Source: the human T2T-CHM13v2.0 reference genome, Homo sapiens
Length of the DNA: 64,000 nucleotides
Assembly (NCBI RefSeq): GCF_009914755.1
Contig: NC_060935.1
Reading direction: 5' to 3' (one strand)
Positions within the stretch are counted from its first letter, which is position 1, and each line of letters opens with the position of its first letter. Made by a program: the position numbers and the translations under genes. The notes under the pieces are model-generated. The model searched no databases and was not told where the DNA came from. It saw nothing but the letters and a program-made list of their open reading frames with translations. Below, piece by piece: positions 60,001 through 64,000 of the stretch.

Positions 60001-61519
60001 CATGACAACCAATGAAAAGTTCTTTCAAGTGAACCTTTGGGGAAAACTATATAACGTTCCTTACTCTCTAGGCTCTCTGGAAATAAACTTTTACTTTATT
60101 ATGGCTGTCACTAAAGCTTGTAAATTTACTTTGCTTCCTTCCAATCGTTCTCCTGTCCCACACTCAGCCCCCTAACTCACTTAATGCAACCCATCCTCAA
60201 ACATCAATCTATAAATGAGACATCAGGGCAATGAGCCACTTCTTAGCATCTAGTATATTTGATAAGATTTGTCTCATCAAGAGGATAAGTGCCCTAGAGC
60301 TTCTACTTGAACTTAAATACTTAATTTAAATGAAAGCTTCCACACTTATCTGACCAGATACTCAAATTTTTCTACAGAAAAGAGAATACCTTCCTGTTCC
60401 ACTTAAAGAACACACACATTTACCACTCCCCCTCCTCTCCCCTGCAAAAGGTTTTCAATGTCAGTACATTAGTGAGCTCCATTTTGCATCTGCCATCAAT
60501 AATGATTCCATATAGTCAATAATTGGGTTCATGACCTTTCTAAATCTTTACAGTGTAAATATTCTGGAAATCCAGTGAGGCACTTAAGTATAAAATTATT
60601 TAGGATTAAATAATTCTATGCCTTAAGTAGAAGTTTAAGAGGACGTTTAGGACACACATGACTAAGCCTACAAATACCAAAGCCACTCTATGTTTCCTAG
60701 GTTTAAATACCACATGCAAATAACATACGGATTTCATTTGCCAGCATCATTTATTGCCTAACATTACTCCATACTAAACAGAGTAAATGGATGCAGAGTG
60801 TAACCAGTAAGTTTGCTCATTCACTTTTGAAGCTCATCTGTGCATGTTATTCATCCTAATAAAGAAAATTTATCACAACACAACTTGATGCGATTCTTGT
60901 TCAAATGATTTCCTCTTCCATTGAACAACAGCCAGCACTTAAAACCTAGAATTCCACAGAATTCTCTCCTCGATTCCTCTTTAAAATGCAATTCACAGTT
61001 TGAGATCACAGAGCCTGCCAGTGGCTGAATGGCTGCACTAGATGGCTGAGAGTCCTTCAATTAAGCAACAATTTTGCAATTAGTGGAAACTGAGTGCTCT
61101 ATAACAATTGTTTGAAAACAAGTTGAGACAAGTTAGCAATTACCCTATAAAAGGGACATATTCACTTTTGTTGGATAGGCGAGACCCCTCACACAAATTG
61201 AACTCTTCCACACAGGGAGATGCAAGTTGAAAATTAATGTTTTAATCACTAAAATCAAATCCATATTATGGGCACCTGAAATGGGAGTGCCTTTCTTCTC
61301 AAAAGATATTCAGAGTTTAGCTATCATCCACTCTCTATGCTGTCTGTTTTTATTCAGGAAGTCTGAAATTGTTCTTCTGTACTCCGGGATTAATTTCCTA
61401 CATCTCAAAATGTTAATAAACTACTTGAACATGACCTTTCCATTCTGTAAATTTCCTTAAGAGTAAGTCTACGATTGAGACCCAAAGCTGCTGGCTGTGT
61501 TATATTTCACAGTTCACAG

Positions 61520-61566
61520 TTCTCTCTCTCTCTCTCTCCCCCTCTACACACACGCGCACGTGCACG

Positions 61567-61625
<59 letters not shown>
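61520..61625. repeat. Compound microsatellite (TC)n - CA/CG mix - (CA)n - (GA)~22
   Basis: Directly visible. Confidence 0.92.
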
Positions 61626-61626
<1 letters not shown>

Positions 61627-61906
61627 ACCCCAGGTTTTAGAAGATGAATGTAAAAAGAATGTAAACAAGTTCTCTGCTATACTATCAGGTGGGCGTGCCC
61701 AGCTCACTGTGCGTGCTGAACTACAAACCAGTGCTATTCATATAAGAAATGATATCAATCATCTACATTTTGACTATTGAAAAGCTGGGACTCTTAAAGA
61801 TTCCAGGAAAAAGGGAATAGCTTACATTTTCATGGCGCCCCTTTTAAACAGGAAACCCACGGACTTTGAGCCAGGATTTTAGAAATTTGCATTTCTTTTT
61901 TTACAG

Positions 61907-62600
61907 GATTTTCCCTCCTGGTGAGTCAAAATGAACAAGAAATACCCCAGGACCTCCCTTCCCTCCTTGGCCATTAATGAGATGAAGGCAATTAACTCAC
62001 ATAGTATAAATGAATCATTTGAGGTGATGACTGCATTTTAGGCAAATGATGACTTTCTTGGTTCCATTGGTTTGCAAGTAAAAGTTACACACATTGAAAA
62101 GACACTGAAACAGATTTCCTAAATGCTTCATTTTCTGGATGCACCAATGTTGACCTACTATACATGTTAAATGGTTTTAAAATATCACCTTAAAATAAAG
62201 GAAACTTCCAGCTACTAACTCAGCTCTGAATGGGCTATGAAAGGCTCCAAAGGTATGTGAAAAATTACTGTTATTTTGCTTTAAAAAATGTGATGTCTAA
62301 GAGTGTCTGCAATGTTCTAATGCTTCAAAACATGTACGTAAGCCTTGTTTATCTGGAAATCATTTCTTTCTGCTTATATCATTTATAAATAGAAAATGTT
62401 CTGTAATAACTTAAAATAGTTCCACATACATAATGCTTTTCGTGTCATAATACTTACTACTGGTCTATATTTACCAACATTTATCACATTTTACAAAATG
62501 AAGTAGAAGAAAAAAAAGACAACGACTTTATGGCCCTGGAATTCCAGTAATGGTGACCAACATGTTTTAAATTCCAGTAAAGGTTATGGTTACATTTCAA
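61907..62600 (+). ncRNA. BDNF-AS: Probable distal terminal exon of BDNF-AS
   Basis: Strong acceptor tttctttttttacAG|GATTTT. AATAAA at 62194-62199 and AGTAAA at 62576-62581. 3' end uncertain. Confidence 0.6.
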
Positions 62601-62655
62601 CAAGTGTCTCTTTCCTTTCTCTTACCTCTCCTGCTAACCCAGAGGTAAATTTACC

Positions 62656-62684
<29 letters not shown>
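62656..62684 (+). repeat. A29 homopolymer
   Basis: Directly visible; no Alu/L1 body or TSD found. Confidence 0.9.
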
Positions 62685-62688
<4 letters not shown>

Positions 62689-63299
62689 TAAGCAAGGCAT
62701 TTGCAAAATCAGAAAACAGGAACAGGAGTTTAGTGATTGTTTTTAAAAGGTGCTGTTCCCAGGGTCAAAACTTTGTGGTGTAATTTCAACATGCTATGTT
62801 ACCTATTATGTGTAATGCCTTGAAACGCTACATGCCATAACATCAGAAATCTCCAACCTAAAAATTATGTTGCATGAGATAAGCATTGAAGGCACACACG
62901 TTCATACAAATTAAATCTGTAATTATGCCTCAATAAGTTAAAATGTAAAGACATATCAAATTGTAAGACCAAAATGGCTTTTGACCTTACAACAAACTCA
63001 TATAAAAATAGATTTTTCGATAATAATAAAGGGGAGAGAGAGATTTTGCAGGATATTGAGCCAGTAGGGAGGGGTCTCATTTAATATCATGTCGCCTTTT
63101 ATATGCAGTTAGAAAATCAACGTTCCCAATTACATATTACTTTGCTTTAAAAGATTACTAGGAGGATTAATAAACACTCAGAAATATGCCTTTCTTTGCT
63201 TCTGGCCAAGAACATTCCTGCGTGCTTGTCGGAAAATGTTCTTTGGTTGCTACTGACATTAAGGAGTAAGTGCAGGATAACTAGAGGACCCTAAAATAA

Positions 63300-64000
63300 G
63301 ATCCAAGAAGCCCTAACACACCGCCAATCGAGGCTTATCAAAGCTCCCCCAGCGCGAGGAAAACTTGCATAGAAGCCAAACAAGAACGAGGAGTCAAAAT
63401 CCACCGACGACGAGTCGCACGCCCCACCGAGCTGGAGTCAGCAGCACCATTCAACAAGTCCCTCCTACCAGCTCTCTAAGGGATCCCGCAAAACCTTCCT
63501 TTACCACTTCCCCACCCCCAGCCTCCCGCCCCCAGTAGCTGCTCTTGGCAGCATGGCCGGCAGAGGGCACCCTCTACCTTCCCTAGCTTCGTTCTCTGGG
63601 TCCCCTCCTCCTCCTCGCCTCCCCTCCACCCCGGTCCCTCATCCCCGCTCTACCCCCAACACACAAACACTGCATCCTCCAGTTCACCCTCGCAGCCCCG
63701 AGGCTTCTTCCTTAGGGATGCCCCTAGTCTGTAATCTCCCCTTCTTCTTGCCCGTCAGGCACAGAGCCCCCAATCCTCAGCTATTTCTTTCCAGGAGTAA
63801 CTCACTCACCCATTCCTCTTCCCGGCTCTGCATCCCCAGAGACTAACCCGAGTCAAGAATCCCCCACGTACATCCCAACCACTCCCCGAAAGTCAAAACT
63901 CTTAACTTCCCTGGAGGGCGCTTCAGAAGAGGGGCGCAGGATGGGTAGAGATGTGGGTTCGGCCTGCCCGAGAGTGTCGCAGACCCTTTCAGTTCCCAGC
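63300..64000. promoter_or_regulatory. BDNF: CpG-enriched, GC-skewed shore of the BDNF proximal (IV-VII) promoter cluster
   Basis: Abrupt rise in CpG and C-runs relative to the AT-rich intron; contains exon VII. Confidence 0.6.
63810..64000 (-). CDS. BDNF: BDNF exon VII (3' part; probably continues past the window edge); coding 63833-63810 = MQSREEEW (262-aa isoform)
   Basis: ATG CAG AGC CGG GAA GAG GAA TGG|GTGAGT. Phase-0 join to FHQVRRVM reproduces the known [16 protein letters not shown] isoform N-terminus. Confidence 0.88.

Noticed and set aside
61475-61780. ORF with THTH/ERER repeats (also 1436-1813)
   Set aside because: Artefact of dinucleotide microsatellites, which lack stop codons.
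62644-62684. Palindrome GGTAAATTTACC plus A29 as a retroposed tail or terminator
   Set aside because: No TSD or element body. More likely a simple A-tract, and a potential oligo-dT internal-priming artefact for BDNF-AS 3' ends.

Overview
Human (primate) genomic DNA from the BDNF / BDNF-AS locus (11p14.1), recognised from the intact prepro-BDNF ORF on the minus strand (22971-22228, 247 aa, Val66 allele). The window covers the 3' half of BDNF: the 3' part of exon VII at the right edge, exon VIII, candidate exons VIIIh and IXb, the coding exon IX, and the short and long 3'UTRs. It also holds several + strand exons of the antisense lncRNA BDNF-AS, one of which lies inside the BDNF coding sequence. 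The rest is intron rich in repeats: an ERV1 remnant (LTR8 with a tRNA-Pro PBS), a young AluYb8, older Alus, MER DNA transposons, and two near-full-length L1PA elements in inverted orientation that bracket exon VIII. Most notable new observation: the L1 nearest exon IX keeps an open antisense ORF0 with a strong Kozak context. A 1-nt frameshift has moved its splice donor into phase 0, matching the phase-0 BDNF exon IX acceptor 7 kb downstream. This predicts a possible L1-antisense-promoter-driven ORF0-proBDNF fusion (hypothesis, no expression evidence). A TSD-flanked, non-repeat ~320 bp retrocopy at 5029-5346 is also noted. No prokaryotic systems (CRISPR etc.) are present. Exon names and repeat subfamily calls come from recalled knowledge plus splice signals read in the sequence, not from database searches.
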